64,000 nt of DNA from contig JBMNHS010000001.1 of NCBI GenBank assembly GCA_050950505.1, positions 896,001 to 960,000 on the forward strand. Reading direction: 5' to 3'. The notes beneath the pieces were generated by a model. The model saw only the letters and a program-made list of their open reading frames with translations. It did no database searches and was not told where the DNA came from. How positions within the stretch are numbered: the first letter of the stretch is position 1; the number at the start of each line of letters is the position of its first letter. Position numbers and translations under genes: made by a program. Shown one piece after another: positions 31,003 to 41,593 of this stretch. The stretch comes from Candidatus Methanomethylophilaceae archaeon (GTDB lineage: Archaea > Thermoplasmatota > Thermoplasmata > Methanomassiliicoccales > Methanomethylophilaceae).

Positions 31003-33240
31003 TCAACGGAAGTCCAGAAGATTGGATTGCTTGGAGACCTTCTCGGCCTCCCCGTATTCCGCGGCCATGGCTTCAAGCTCATCGTCGTCGGGAGCCCAAT
31101 CCGTCTCGGGAGGTTTCGTTTCCGTCGAACCTCCCGTCTGTTCCTTCAGACTTTTGGCGAGACTGCCGCCTATTCTGTGCAGCGAAGCCAATTCGTTTTC
31201 CGATGCGGCCATGATGTCCGTTCTTCCTTTGTAGCCGGCATCAAAGAGAATTCTGGCTCTTGTTCTTCCGACTCCGCGGAATGAAACCAGATCGGTGAGT
31301 TCTTCCTTCACTCCGTATTTTATTCTCGTCAGGAGAGGTCTGATTTTCTTCATGGTTTCAGGAGCGAAAATGTATGCGATTTCACTCATGGCATACATGA
31401 TCCAGTTCATCATTTCAACCCGTGAACGGATATCCCCCGGACCGATTCCCATATTTTCTGTCACCGTTTCTTCGGGTATTTCCGAAATCCAGTCCGTGAC
31501 CATCGCGGACACCTTTATCGCACCCATCAGAACTTCTTGGGCAAAATCGTATTCTTCGTAAGGATCGTACAGCAGTTTGCTTTCGTACTCATCGGCGATG
31601 GCGTTAAGACGGTCTTCATCGCATTTCTTGGGATACAGTCCCATGACGTCCGGAGTCAGCGCCGCGGCGATGAGAATCTGCATTTCGTCCGTTTCTTCGT
31701 TAATTTTCTTTACGGCGTCTCTGAGTATCACCGCCGATTTCGGATCGATGTACAGATCGGATATCCGTTTTCCGAAAGGCAATATCCTGAGGAAATCTCC
31801 GTTCTTCTCAATCATTCCCTCTTTCGCGAGGAAGCCGGTCACATTTTTTACAACGTTCTCCACGCCGGCCATCGAAGAAGTGCTTCCGTAGAAAGTGGAA
31901 TTGAGAAAATCGACGACTTCGCTGTCGGTAGACGCGTCATTCGTCGCAATCAATCCCAGAATATGGCTTCTCAGAGTGACTTCGTTTCCGAGTTTTGAAG
32001 TGAGTTTTTCGGTATCGTGCATGATGTAATCGTACATGAGACGGTCCGAATCCGGCAGGTTTTTGGCAATCAGCACGGCCTCGCCGTAAGGATCGTAACC
32101 CGGTCTTCCGGCACGTCCCGACATCTGTTTTATTTCCATTACGGGTATTGGAACCATTCCCGCGTTGGCTTCGAATCTCCCCGTGTCCCGTATTATAACC
32201 CTTCTTGCGGGAAGGTTGATTCCCGCCGCAAGGGTGGGCGTCGCCACGATGCATTTTATGTTTCCGTTGCGGAAGTTGTCTTCGACGTACTTTCTTTGCC
32301 TGTGGGTAAGTCCCGCGTTGTGGAACGCGGTTCCGCAGGCGACGCATCCGGCAAGTTTGATTCCCAGCGCGGTGGGTTCCGCTCCCCCCTCAAGTATTGT
32401 GGATTCCGGCTTGCTCAACGTCCGCCCCGCCAATTTTTCCATGTCTCCGGAGAATCTCACGGCCAATGCTTCGGTGGATCTTCTGGCATTAACGAACACA
32501 AGACACTGTCCCCCTTCTTCTACCGTCTGTCTGACCAATCCCCAGATGGGATCCTTTTCTTTGGGAACGTCTTTCTTTTTCATATCGTCAAAGGTAATTT
32601 CACCGTCGAAGAACACGCCTTCCCTCAAAGGTATCGGACGCCAATCGTCCACCACCAATTCGGCATCCAGCCAAAGGGCGAGATCCATGGCGTTGGATAT
32701 GGTTGCGGACAGTGCGATTATCTGAAGACCGGTATTCCGTTTCATCAATTTTGTAAGGGCAACCTCCAGCGTTGGACCTCTTCCCGGGTCGTGAATCATG
32801 TGTATTTCGTCCGCAATAACGAGTCCGACGGAATCCATCCAACGATTCCCGTGTCTTATCATGGAATCCGCTTTTTCCGAGGTGGCAACGATGATGTCCG
32901 CATCGCTGATTCTTCCTCCGTCGGAATCTAAATCCCCGATGCTCATCGCAACTTTGAAGCCAAGATGTGAAAACGATTCGAGCTCGTCCCGTTTTTCAGA
33001 AGCCAGGGCCTTCAGGGGGACGATATAGAGCACTCTCTGTTTCTCCTCCAGAACTTTCTTCATTGCCGGAACATACCCAATCACGGATTTGCCGCTGGCC
33101 GTCGGTACGGAAACAACCAAACTCTTGCCTTCCAAAGCTATGGGTATCGCTCTTTTCTGATGAGGATGCAGATTGATGAAACCCTTCTCTTTCAAAGCGT
33201 CCGCGACGTTTTCGGGTATGTCCAATTCATCGAACCTCAT
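31003..33240 (-). CDS. hel308: Ski2-like ATP-dependent DNA helicase Hel308/Hjm
   Basis: PTASGKS, DEIH, LSAT, TPTLAAGINLPA, GRAGRPGYD, C-terminal HhH region. Confidence 0.93.
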   Translation of the reverse strand: MRFDELDIPENVADALKEKGFINLHPHQKRAIPIALEGKSLVVSVPTASGKSVIGYVPAMKKVLEEKQRVLYIVPLKALASEKRDELESFSHLGFKVAMSIGDLDSDGGRISDADIIVATSEKADSMIRHGNRWMDSVGLVIADEIHMIHDPGRGPTLEVALTKLMKRNTGLQIIALSATISNAMDLALWLDAELVVDDWRPIPLREGVFFDGEITFDDMKKKDVPKEKDPIWGLVRQTVEEGGQCLVFVNARRSTEALAVRFSGDMEKLAGRTLSKPESTILEGGAEPTALGIKLAGCVACGTAFHNAGLTHRQRKYVEDNFRNGNIKCIVATPTLAAGINLPARRVIIRDTGRFEANAGMVPIPVMEIKQMSGRAGRPGYDPYGEAVLIAKNLPDSDRLMYDYIMHDTEKLTSKLGNEVTLRSHILGLIATNDASTDSEVVDFLNSTFYGSTSSMAGVENVVKNVTGFLAKEGMIEKNGDFLRILPFGKRISDLYIDPKSAVILRDAVKKINEETDEMQILIAAALTPDVMGLYPKKCDEDRLNAIADEYESKLLYDPYEEYDFAQEVLMGAIKVSAMVTDWISEIPEETVTENMGIGPGDIRSRVEMMNWIMYAMSEIAYIFAPETMKKIRPLLTRIKYGVKEELTDLVSFRGVGRTRARILFDAGYKGRTDIMAASENELASLHRIGGSLAKSLKEQTGGSTETKPPETDWAPDDDELEAMAAEYGEAEKVSKQSNLLDFR

Positions 33241-33325
33241 GGTTTCCGATATCAAACCGAATAATAAACCATTATCGGAACCTTCTTGCACAATAGTTAA
33301 TAAGGGTCAGCCAATACCGCAGTCA

Positions 33326-34315
33326 GTGTGTAAAAGAAATTTGGTCGTTGCGGTGTTTGTTCTGTCTCTTTTCATGGTGCCTCTGGCATTGGCGGATGAG
33401 GCTTACGGAGCACCCGAAAGTTTCGTCGCATATCACGACAGGCTTTCCAAAGAAGATTCGGCAATCTACGAGATACTCGCGAATCCCTACGGCGACGGCA
33501 CGGTTCCGACCGGCAGCACGTGGGCACCATCCGTTTCACTTCCGTCCGGAACGACATCGGATGCGGTTGGGTCAGTTGCCAAATTGATGGTTCTGGAGGA
33601 TCCGAGATTCTATTGGCTGTGGATCGCCCCGGTTCTGAACGATGACAACACGCTTACGTTTGCACCCGTGGAAAAACTCAACACCGACAATCCCCTCAAA
33701 GAAATGGAAGATTTCGTCAAAGATGTGAAATCCGAGTTGAAACAGGAGTATACCATCGAAGACGCCGCAAGAGCGATAGATGCAGAACTCCGCAAGGGCG
33801 CCAAGTATGCCGACGGTGAAAACAAACCGTCCGCAGGAACTGCGTTCGGAGCCATCGTCCTCGGGGAAGCCGACGCTTTCGGTTTCGCCGCGGCTTTCAA
33901 CTATGCCATCAGGGAGATGTACAACGACGCGGTCAAGGTTCTGACCGTCGCGGGGAAGCTTCACGATTCCGAAGGCTATTCCCAACATGCATGGAACGTC
34001 ATAAAGAGTGCGGGCGATGACTGGTACGGTGTCGATATTGCCTTGAACCGAACGGAAAACACTGACGCATACGTCATGAAAGCGTCCAATGACAAAGGAA
34101 ATTCCGAAGGGTACACCTTTGCCGCATCCCATCAGCAGGATTTGCCCGGCTACACGGGACTGATGACGGTGTTCGACGTCCCGGAACCCTATATGAAAGA
34201 AATTAAGTCGCCGGAGCCGTCCACGGCGATAGAAAAATACGGTCCCCACGCCTTTGTGATAACAATTATAACTGTACTTTGTATAGTTATGATAGTTTAT
34301 TCGAGACGTGGTTAA
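33326..34315 (+). CDS. secreted, membrane-anchored protein with a transglutaminase-like domain
   Basis: N-terminal signal-like segment, HAWNVIK...WYGVD, C-terminal TM helix; GTG start inferred. Confidence 0.65.
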   Translation: MCKRNLVVAVFVLSLFMVPLALADEAYGAPESFVAYHDRLSKEDSAIYEILANPYGDGTVPTGSTWAPSVSLPSGTTSDAVGSVAKLMVLEDPRFYWLWIAPVLNDDNTLTFAPVEKLNTDNPLKEMEDFVKDVKSELKQEYTIEDAARAIDAELRKGAKYADGENKPSAGTAFGAIVLGEADAFGFAAAFNYAIREMYNDAVKVLTVAGKLHDSEGYSQHAWNVIKSAGDDWYGVDIALNRTENTDAYVMKASNDKGNSEGYTFAASHQQDLPGYTGLMTVFDVPEPYMKEIKSPEPSTAIEKYGPHAFVITIITVLCIVMIVYSRRG

Positions 34316-34365
34316 TATAAAAACCATTTATATATGAAGAGATAACAACCAACCGAGGAGTAAAA

Positions 34366-36456
34366 ATGGCAAACAAAGTTGAAGAGAAGCCCACCGACGA
34401 ACCCCTGGAAGCATGGGTTGAGAGGCAGACCTTCAGGTCCACCGAGGACATTGAAATACCTGCGAAGATGGCCGATCGCGTCATCGGACAGGACGAAGCG
34501 GTAGAGGTGATGAGAAAAGCCGCTTTCCAGAAGAGGCATGTGATGCTCATAGGAGAACCCGGTACGGGAAAATCCATGCTGGCCAATTCCATGGTGGAAT
34601 ATCTCCCCAAAGAGGAACTGGAAGACGTGATTTCCTATCACAATCCCGAAGATTTCAATGAACCCCGTATCAGAACCCTTCCTGCGGGAAAGGGGAAAGC
34701 GATTGTCGCGGAGCAGAAAGCTCATGCCAACGCAGTGAAGAATCAGAAGAATTCCATGTATCTCTACGTCAGTATTTTCATAATGATGATGGGATTGATG
34801 GGTTCCATACTCTTCGGCAACTGGACCATCATGTTTATCGCGCTGTTCAGCGTGTTCATCATACTGCTCTTGCTCAGGAATCCCAACCAGAGGAGCGAAA
34901 TCACAATTGTACCGAAAGTGCTGGTGGGACATTCGCCTGACGATATGCCGCCTTTCATCGACGCCACCGGCGCACACGCCGGTGCGCTGCTGGGTGACGT
35001 GAGGCACGATCCCTTCCAGTCCGGCGGACTGGAGACGCCTTCTCACGACAGGATAGAACCCGGCGACATTCACAAAGCCAACAAAGGCGTTCTTTACATT
35101 GACGAAATCAACATGCTGAGAATGGAATCCCAGCAGGCCCTTCTCACCGCCCTTCAGGAAGGAAAGATGTCCATCACCGGACAGTCCGAACGTTCTTCCG
35201 GAGCTTTGGTGAAGTCGGAACAGGTCCCCTGCGATTTCATACTCGTGTGCGCAGGCAACCTCGATGCTCTTCAGGGGATGCACCCCGCCCTCAGATCCAG
35301 AATCAGAGGTTACGGTTACGAAGTCTACATGCGCAACACCATGAAGGACACCGACGAAAACCGTGATTTCATCGCCAGATTCGTGGCGCAGGAAGTCAGA
35401 AAAGACGTCAAAATACCTCATTTCGACAAATACGCCGTGGGCGAAATCATAAGGGAAGCCCAGCGCAGGTCCGGAAGACGGGGAGAACTTACCCTCAGGC
35501 TCAGGGAGCTGGGAGGTCTGGTCCGTGTGTCCGGCGACATCGCGGTCGGAAGAAAATCCGACATTGTAACGAAGGATGACGTTCTTATTGCAAAAAGATC
35601 CGCCAGAGGTCTGGAACAGCAGATTGCCGACCGTTACGTCGAATCCAACCAGAAGTACCCTCTGTTCCACATCGAAGGTTCCGAAGTCGGAATGATAAAC
35701 GGTCTTGCGGCAATGAACTCCGAAACGGAAATGTCCGAGTATGCGGGAATCGTTCTGCCTTTGGTTGCCGAAGTTTCCCCTGCGCAGACCCGGAAACAGG
35801 GCCGCATAGTGGCCACCGGTCAGCTGGGAGTCATCGCCAAAGAAGCCGTGGAGAACATCTCCGCGGTCATCAAGAAGTACACCATGACCAACCTTACGGA
35901 CGTGGACATTCACCTTCAGTACATCGGAACATATACCGGCGTCGAAGGGGACAGCGCCTCGATAACCATGGCCACGGTCATACTCTCCGCGTTGGAGAAC
36001 ATACCCATACGTCAGGATCTTGCCATGACCGGAAGTCTGAACGTAAGGGGTCAGGTTCTTCCCATAGGTGCGGTGACCGCAAAACTGGAAGCCGCCGCCA
36101 AAGCCGGAATCAAGATTGCTTTGATACCCGAAACCAACGCAAAGGACGTCATGATGGAAGACAAGTACTACGACATGTTGGATGTTTATTCAGTGTCCAA
36201 TCTCCGCGATGTGTTGGAATACGCCTTCGTGGACTGTCCACTCAAGACTCAGTACCTCGACAAGCTTCTGCCTCTCACGCCCAATGGCAAATCCACCGTC
36301 AAAAAGCTGGAGAAGCCCGTGAAGCCTGCCGAGCCGGTCAGGGAAGTCCATACGGAAACCGTTCGGGTTTCCGAACCGGAACCCGAACCGGAACCCGAAT
36401 CGGAGCCGATTCCCGACGGTGAAATAACCGGCGGCGGATCGCCCTGCGGGGCTTAA
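34366..36456 (+). CDS. lonB: archaeal membrane-bound Lon protease (LonB)
   Basis: GEPGTGKS, two TM helices, GALLGDVRHDPFQSGG, EGDSAS, MTGSL. Confidence 0.95.
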   Translation: MANKVEEKPTDEPLEAWVERQTFRSTEDIEIPAKMADRVIGQDEAVEVMRKAAFQKRHVMLIGEPGTGKSMLANSMVEYLPKEELEDVISYHNPEDFNEPRIRTLPAGKGKAIVAEQKAHANAVKNQKNSMYLYVSIFIMMMGLMGSILFGNWTIMFIALFSVFIILLLLRNPNQRSEITIVPKVLVGHSPDDMPPFIDATGAHAGALLGDVRHDPFQSGGLETPSHDRIEPGDIHKANKGVLYIDEINMLRMESQQALLTALQEGKMSITGQSERSSGALVKSEQVPCDFILVCAGNLDALQGMHPALRSRIRGYGYEVYMRNTMKDTDENRDFIARFVAQEVRKDVKIPHFDKYAVGEIIREAQRRSGRRGELTLRLRELGGLVRVSGDIAVGRKSDIVTKDDVLIAKRSARGLEQQIADRYVESNQKYPLFHIEGSEVGMINGLAAMNSETEMSEYAGIVLPLVAEVSPAQTRKQGRIVATGQLGVIAKEAVENISAVIKKYTMTNLTDVDIHLQYIGTYTGVEGDSASITMATVILSALENIPIRQDLAMTGSLNVRGQVLPIGAVTAKLEAAAKAGIKIALIPETNAKDVMMEDKYYDMLDVYSVSNLRDVLEYAFVDCPLKTQYLDKLLPLTPNGKSTVKKLEKPVKPAEPVREVHTETVRVSEPEPEPEPESEPIPDGEITGGGSPCGA
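36371..36408 (+). repeat. short tandem repeat encoding an (EP)n linker in the LonB tail
   Basis: CCGAACCGGAACCCGAACCGGAACCCGAATCGGAGCCG. Confidence 0.6.
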
Positions 36457-36486
36457 CGCTTTAATCGGGGAGGTTGATGACATACT

Positions 36487-37017
36487 ATGTCCGACGGGCA
36501 GGGGTATGACAACTATTCTTTGATCATCGGAAGATTCCAACCCTTCCATGAAGGCCACTTTGAGGTGGTGCGCAAGTGCGCCCAGGAGTCCGACAATCTG
36601 ACCATAGGGATAGGAAGCGCACAGTATTCCCACTCTCCGGAGAACCCTTTCACCGCCGGCGAGAGATATCTGATGATCAGAAACACTCTTGACGACGAAG
36701 GGATAGACCGTTACTGCATAGTGCCCATAGAAGATCTAAACCGTTATTCCGTATGGGTTGCCCACGTGGCATCCATGTCCCCGCCTTTCCATTACGTTTA
36801 CAGCAACAACCGGTTTACCAGACGTCTTTTCGAAGAGGCCGGATACGAAATAAGGGAATCTCCGATTTACAACCGCGAGATTTATTCCGGCACCGAAGTC
36901 AGAAGACGGATGATTGCAGATGAGAACTGGGAGGAACTTCTTCCCAAACCCGTCGTTGAAGTCATCGAGGAAATTGACGGGGTGGGGCGTCTCAAAGATA
37001 TTTCCGGAGGCAACTGA
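36487..37017 (+). CDS. nadM: nicotinamide-nucleotide adenylyltransferase
   Basis: GRFQPFHEGH, GIGSAQ...NPFTAGER, SGTEVR. Confidence 0.93.
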   Translation: MSDGQGYDNYSLIIGRFQPFHEGHFEVVRKCAQESDNLTIGIGSAQYSHSPENPFTAGERYLMIRNTLDDEGIDRYCIVPIEDLNRYSVWVAHVASMSPPFHYVYSNNRFTRRLFEEAGYEIRESPIYNREIYSGTEVRRRMIADENWEELLPKPVVEVIEEIDGVGRLKDISGGN

Positions 37018-37494
37018 TTGAAGTCTTTGGACGGATTGGTCAAAGCTCTGAAATCCACGGGATCCACCTTTTCATTGGCGGAATCCTGTACCGGAGGTCT
37101 CATCGGTTCAATAATTACCGAAATGCCGGGAAGTTCCGATTATTTTCTTGGTTCCGCCGTCACTTACAGTAATTATTCCAAAAACAGACTGATCGGAGTT
37201 TCTCAGGAGACCCTGAACGAATACGGGGCGGTGAGCGAACAGACGGCTTTGGAAATGGCCGAAGGTTCACTCGATGTTTTCAACGCTGATTTCGCGGCTT
37301 CGGTCACCGGAGTCGCAGGGCCGGGGGGAGGAACGGAAAAGAAACCCGTCGGCACCGTCTGCATAGGACTGACCAACGGAAGACGGTCAATGACGTTTAC
37401 GAAACATTTCAAAGGCGACCGTTCGGAAATAAGAAGTTCGGCGGCGGATGCGGTGTTTGAACTTCTTGCGGATTTCATACTGGAGAAAATATGA
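37018..37494 (+). CDS. CinA/PncC family NMN deamidase
   Basis: AESCTGGLI, GAVSE, TGVAGPGGG..KPVGTV. Confidence 0.9.
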   Translation: MKSLDGLVKALKSTGSTFSLAESCTGGLIGSIITEMPGSSDYFLGSAVTYSNYSKNRLIGVSQETLNEYGAVSEQTALEMAEGSLDVFNADFAASVTGVAGPGGGTEKKPVGTVCIGLTNGRRSMTFTKHFKGDRSEIRSSAADAVFELLADFILEKI

Positions 37495-38192
37495 GATATT
37501 CGAGACAAACCGGTCTTCTGGGCATCGACGGTCAGAGGAAACTCGGAGATTCCTGCGTGACCGTCGTCGGATGCGGAGGGTTGGGAACCTTCGTGTCTCT
37601 GTTTCTTGCGTCCGCCGGTATCGGCAAAATAAGACTCGTGGACGGCGACGTACCTTCCGAGAGCAATTTCAACAGGCAGTTTTTTTATCCGGGCGAAGAA
37701 GGGTTCAAAGCCGACATTCTTGCCGAAAAACTGAAGAAAGTCAATGAAACAGTCATGATCGAATCGGTTTGCGAGTTTCTGAACGAAGAGAACGGCAACG
37801 AAATCGTCAAAGGAAGCGACGTGATGGCGGACTGTTTGGATTCCATAGATTCACGTCTGGTTCTCAACAGATTCGCGGTTTCCCGCAACATCCCTCTGTC
37901 TCACGGAGGCATAGACGGTCTGTTCGGGCAGGTCACTTTTGTTATCCCCGGCAAAACTCCCTGTCTTGAATGCATATTCGGGAATGTGGAAGAAGACAAC
38001 GGAATTCCCCAATCCCTTTCGTCCTCGGTTTCCATGATTGCGTCAATGCAGGCCACGGACATCATCAAACACATAACGGGAATCGGAGAAACATCGGCGG
38101 GAAATCTGTTGACGGTCTCCATGGATTCTTTTTCTTGGGACAGGGTCGAAATCAGGAAAAATCCGGAATGTCCCGTGTGCGGTGAAATATAA
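37491..38192 (+). CDS. HesA/MoeB/ThiF family E1-like adenylyltransferase
   Basis: RYSRQ, VVGCGGLG, SNFNRQ, PCLEC, CPVC. Confidence 0.9.
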   Translation: MRYSRQTGLLGIDGQRKLGDSCVTVVGCGGLGTFVSLFLASAGIGKIRLVDGDVPSESNFNRQFFYPGEEGFKADILAEKLKKVNETVMIESVCEFLNEENGNEIVKGSDVMADCLDSIDSRLVLNRFAVSRNIPLSHGGIDGLFGQVTFVIPGKTPCLECIFGNVEEDNGIPQSLSSSVSMIASMQATDIIKHITGIGETSAGNLLTVSMDSFSWDRVEIRKNPECPVCGEI

Positions 38193-38437
38193 TTCCGAGA
38201 ACCGTTACAGCACATCCCCTAATGCACGTAATTCTTCGCTATTGGAAGTATCACGATGGGATAACACGTTGACAAAACCGTGTCCTGTCGACCCATTTGC
38301 CATAGGTACGGATGCAGAATGCGTAAAGGTTCCCGCATCCGCTCTCAATTCCATTTCCGCAATATCTCTTTTTGACGGTCCGTTGCGTGCGGGCTGCCTT
38401 TCGTTGTAAATAAATACCTCTCTTCAGTTCAAGGTTC

Positions 38438-39343
38438 ATGGAAAAGATAATGACCGGGAAAGTCAAGGAAGTTTATGCCGTCGATGACGACACGCTGGAG
38501 TTCGTGTACACCGACAACATATCCGTGTTTGACAAAATAATCCCGTCACAGATACCCCATAAAGGCGAAACTCTTTGCAGAACCGCAAAGTTCTGGTTCA
38601 ATCTTCTGAACGAAAACGGAATTCACAATCACTACATAAGCGAACCCGGGCCGAACAGAATGAGGGTCAAGAAAGTCAACGTCATATGGGACTATGAGAA
38701 AATCGACGGAAAAACCAAGAATTATCTTATTCCTTTGGAAGTCATCTGCAGGCATTATGCCGCGGGTTCCCTGATGGACAGAGTGAAAGAAGGGGAAATA
38801 ACCGCCGAAGATCTGGGTTTCCCGAAAAATCACGAAGTTTCATACGGTGAGAAGTTGCCGGTTCCCTTCATCGAAGTCACAACTAAACTGGAGGAACACG
38901 ACAGGAGCCTGACCGAAGCCGAAGCCAAAGAGATGGCCGGTCTGAGCGATAAGGAATACGAAGATATCAAAAACACCGTTCTGAAAATAGACGGAATAAT
39001 CGCCGAAGAAGCCGCCAAACGCGGATTGATTCATTGTGACGGAAAGAAAGAATTCGGTTTTGACAAAAACCGCAAGCTGATGGTTTTGGATACGTTCGGC
39101 ACGTTGGATGAGGACAGATGGTGGGACGCGGAAGAATACGCAAAAGGAAAAGTATCGGAACTGTCCAAGGAATTCGTGCGTCAGCATTACAGGAACAGCG
39201 GTTATCACGCGGAACTTATGGAAGCCAGGAACAGAGGCGGGGATGAACCGGACATACCTCCGTTGCCGCAGGACATCATCGACCGCACCAGCGACCTCTA
39301 TGTCGGCATGTACGAAAGAATCACCGGCGAGAATTTCAGATAA
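38438..39343 (+). CDS. purC: SAICAR synthase
   Basis: GKVKEVY, TDNISVFD, DGKKEFG, SKEFVR. Confidence 0.93.
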   Translation: MEKIMTGKVKEVYAVDDDTLEFVYTDNISVFDKIIPSQIPHKGETLCRTAKFWFNLLNENGIHNHYISEPGPNRMRVKKVNVIWDYEKIDGKTKNYLIPLEVICRHYAAGSLMDRVKEGEITAEDLGFPKNHEVSYGEKLPVPFIEVTTKLEEHDRSLTEAEAKEMAGLSDKEYEDIKNTVLKIDGIIAEEAAKRGLIHCDGKKEFGFDKNRKLMVLDTFGTLDEDRWWDAEEYAKGKVSELSKEFVRQHYRNSGYHAELMEARNRGGDEPDIPPLPQDIIDRTSDLYVGMYERITGENFR

Positions 39344-39406
39344 TCCGTTTTGGACGTGAAGACATCCGGGTAACGCAACCCGAAATATTTCAGCGAACGG
39401 TGCGGT

Positions 39407-39835
39407 TCAGATCAACATGACGGAAACCATGTTTTCCCCGTAAGGGCAATCCAAATCGCCCTCGACGGATTCAACCCTGAGTTTGGCGCCGGATATCTCG
39501 GACGGAGGGTGGCATCTGAACCAGTTTTCGCAACAGTTCATGTTGCAGTCCACTTCCTGGAAAGTAACCATTCCCCCTTCAATCACGTATTTTTTCTGCA
39601 TTGCCGCGGGAATGCTTATCTTGTCCACTTCCACGACCTTGACTTTGTCTTCGGTTTCAATGCAGTCGTGTGTCTGGTCCCTCAGTGCGGCAATCCTGTA
39701 ACGGGATCCCTTTTCAAGGTTGAGGCAGACGCTTTTCAATCTGCATTCCCTGCATCCGTCCATGGGCCCTGTGTAATAGAATTCAAAACCTTCTTTTGCG
39801 GAAATCTCGGATACCAAAGTTATCAGGACCATCAT
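39407..39835 (-). CDS. UPF0179 family protein
   Basis: ITLV...GFEFYY.G...CRECRLKSVCLNLEKG pattern; downstream of egsA. Confidence 0.8.
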   Translation of the reverse strand: MMVLITLVSEISAKEGFEFYYTGPMDGCRECRLKSVCLNLEKGSRYRIAALRDQTHDCIETEDKVKVVEVDKISIPAAMQKKYVIEGGMVTFQEVDCNMNCCENWFRCHPPSEISGAKLRVESVEGDLDCPYGENMVSVMLI

Positions 39836-40899
39836 ATCACCCCTGTTTCTTTTGCCACGTTGGCGGCGGCTTCACGGCTTATGCCGTTGCCCAGAATCGT
39901 AAATCTGTCTTTTCTTATTCCGGCGGCGGCGGTAAGGGCTTCGATTACCTCATCATCGCTCAGACCGATCTGTTTGCCGGTGGTGGGTGCGCCCACGTTC
40001 TCCAAAGCATCCCGGATGATTTTCCAATCCCCTCCGTGGAGATACATCATCATTATTGCGCCGACGCCGCACTGTTCCCCGTGCATAGCACGCCCGGGAT
40101 ACAGTGTGTCTATCGCGTGGGAGAACATGTGCTCCGAACCGCTGGTGGGTCTGGAACTTCCCGCAACACTCATCGAAACACCGGATATTATTATCGGTCT
40201 CATCGCAAGCCAGACACTTTCTTCCAGATCCGGCCGCATGAGTTCGGAATTTTCTATGATGGTTTCCGCCGCATACAGAGACAGTGAATACGCCGACCGG
40301 CTGAATTCGTCATTCCTGAGTCTGTGGGCGAATTTCCAATCTTTCAAAGCCGTAAGGTTGGATATTACATCGGCACAGCCAGATGCCAGATATCTGTAAG
40401 GGGCTTTGTTGATAATCTGTGTATCCGCCAACACCCCCAGAGGGGAAGTGGCGGAAATGGATTGGGGTCCCATATCCATTTTCAACGAAGCGCGTCCGGA
40501 TGCGATTCCGTCATGAGCGGCGTTGGTGGGGATGCTGATGAATGACATGCCCATGTCGTCGGCGGCTATTTTTGACAAATCTATTTTGCTTCCTCCGCCG
40601 ACGGCCAGAATGAAAGTGGAATCCGTTTCCCGTATCACGGATTTGACTTCTTCCAGATTGTCCAATGTGGCATTTCCTGTTTTGAGGGTATGGAGATCGT
40701 AATTCTCGGACATGTGTTCCTCGACAAGCTTTCCGGCGGCTTCGTAGGTGTTGTCTCCCGTCACCATCAGCCCGGTCTTTCCGAATCTGAAAGATTCGCA
40801 CATTTCCGGCAATTTGCCCAATACGTCATGTCCCATGTATACGGTTCTCGGGAACTCCATTTTTTTAGCTTTGTCGAAAAGGTCCATCATGTCTCTCAT
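39832..40899 (-). CDS. egsA: sn-glycerol-1-phosphate dehydrogenase
   Basis: VGGGSKID, PTNAAHDGIAS, SSRPTSGSEHMFSHA, HGEQCG. Confidence 0.93.
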   Translation of the reverse strand: MRDMMDLFDKAKKMEFPRTVYMGHDVLGKLPEMCESFRFGKTGLMVTGDNTYEAAGKLVEEHMSENYDLHTLKTGNATLDNLEEVKSVIRETDSTFILAVGGGSKIDLSKIAADDMGMSFISIPTNAAHDGIASGRASLKMDMGPQSISATSPLGVLADTQIINKAPYRYLASGCADVISNLTALKDWKFAHRLRNDEFSRSAYSLSLYAAETIIENSELMRPDLEESVWLAMRPIIISGVSMSVAGSSRPTSGSEHMFSHAIDTLYPGRAMHGEQCGVGAIMMMYLHGGDWKIIRDALENVGAPTTGKQIGLSDDEVIEALTAAAGIRKDRFTILGNGISREAAANVAKETGVI

Positions 40900-40947
40900 T
40901 AGGTGATATTCTGAAAGATATAAAAGGAACTCAGTGGATTCTGCCCC

Positions 40948-41496
40948 GTGGAACCCAAAGTTTTATTGATTTGTGCCTGCGGAAGGCGGGAAGGATTCAC
41001 TTACACCATGTGTTCCGAGGCGGAAAAGACTTTCAGAAACGGAGGGTGGGACGCCGAAACAGTATATCCTGTCGAAATGGACATCGGTCATTGCACGGGA
41101 TGCGGGATATGCGAAAACGGCAAAGGCTGTGTGTTGGACGATGATATGAATTCCGTTTACGAATCTTTCGGAAACGTCGATTTGGTTCTCATGGCCACCC
41201 CGATTCATTACAGCGGAGTTTCGTCGGTGATGAAAGTCGTGATAGATCGATTCCAAACTCTGTGGCATTCTTCCGAGAGAGGTCCGAAATACATGGCGGC
41301 AATGATGTGCGGCGGTCATGAGCTTCCGGAATTCCGCGGTGCGATGCACGTTTTCAAATCCTTCGCCATCACGGCGGGTTCCGAATGGATCGGCGACCTT
41401 AAAATCAAAGATACCGATAAAAAAGAATATTCCGGGATTGAAAAAGAAACTCATGATTTCGTTTTGAATCTCATGTCTTTTATGGAACAGGAATGA
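40948..41496 (+). CDS. flavodoxin-fold (iron-sulfur flavoprotein-like) protein
   Basis: CTGCGIC...C..DDDM, ATPIHY, K..IDR. Confidence 0.82.
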   Translation: MEPKVLLICACGRREGFTYTMCSEAEKTFRNGGWDAETVYPVEMDIGHCTGCGICENGKGCVLDDDMNSVYESFGNVDLVLMATPIHYSGVSSVMKVVIDRFQTLWHSSERGPKYMAAMMCGGHELPEFRGAMHVFKSFAITAGSEWIGDLKIKDTDKKEYSGIEKETHDFVLNLMSFMEQE

Positions 41497-41593
41497 AATC
41501 CGCGGCCTTCGGCGAAAGAGTCCGTTTGAGCGTAAGTTCCGTTATGGAAAGTATTATACAATTCCGAAATGGTTTCAGCGACGAGGTTTTGAT

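Noticed and set aside
34312-35913. 533-aa minus-strand ORF
   Set aside because: Antisense shadow of lonB
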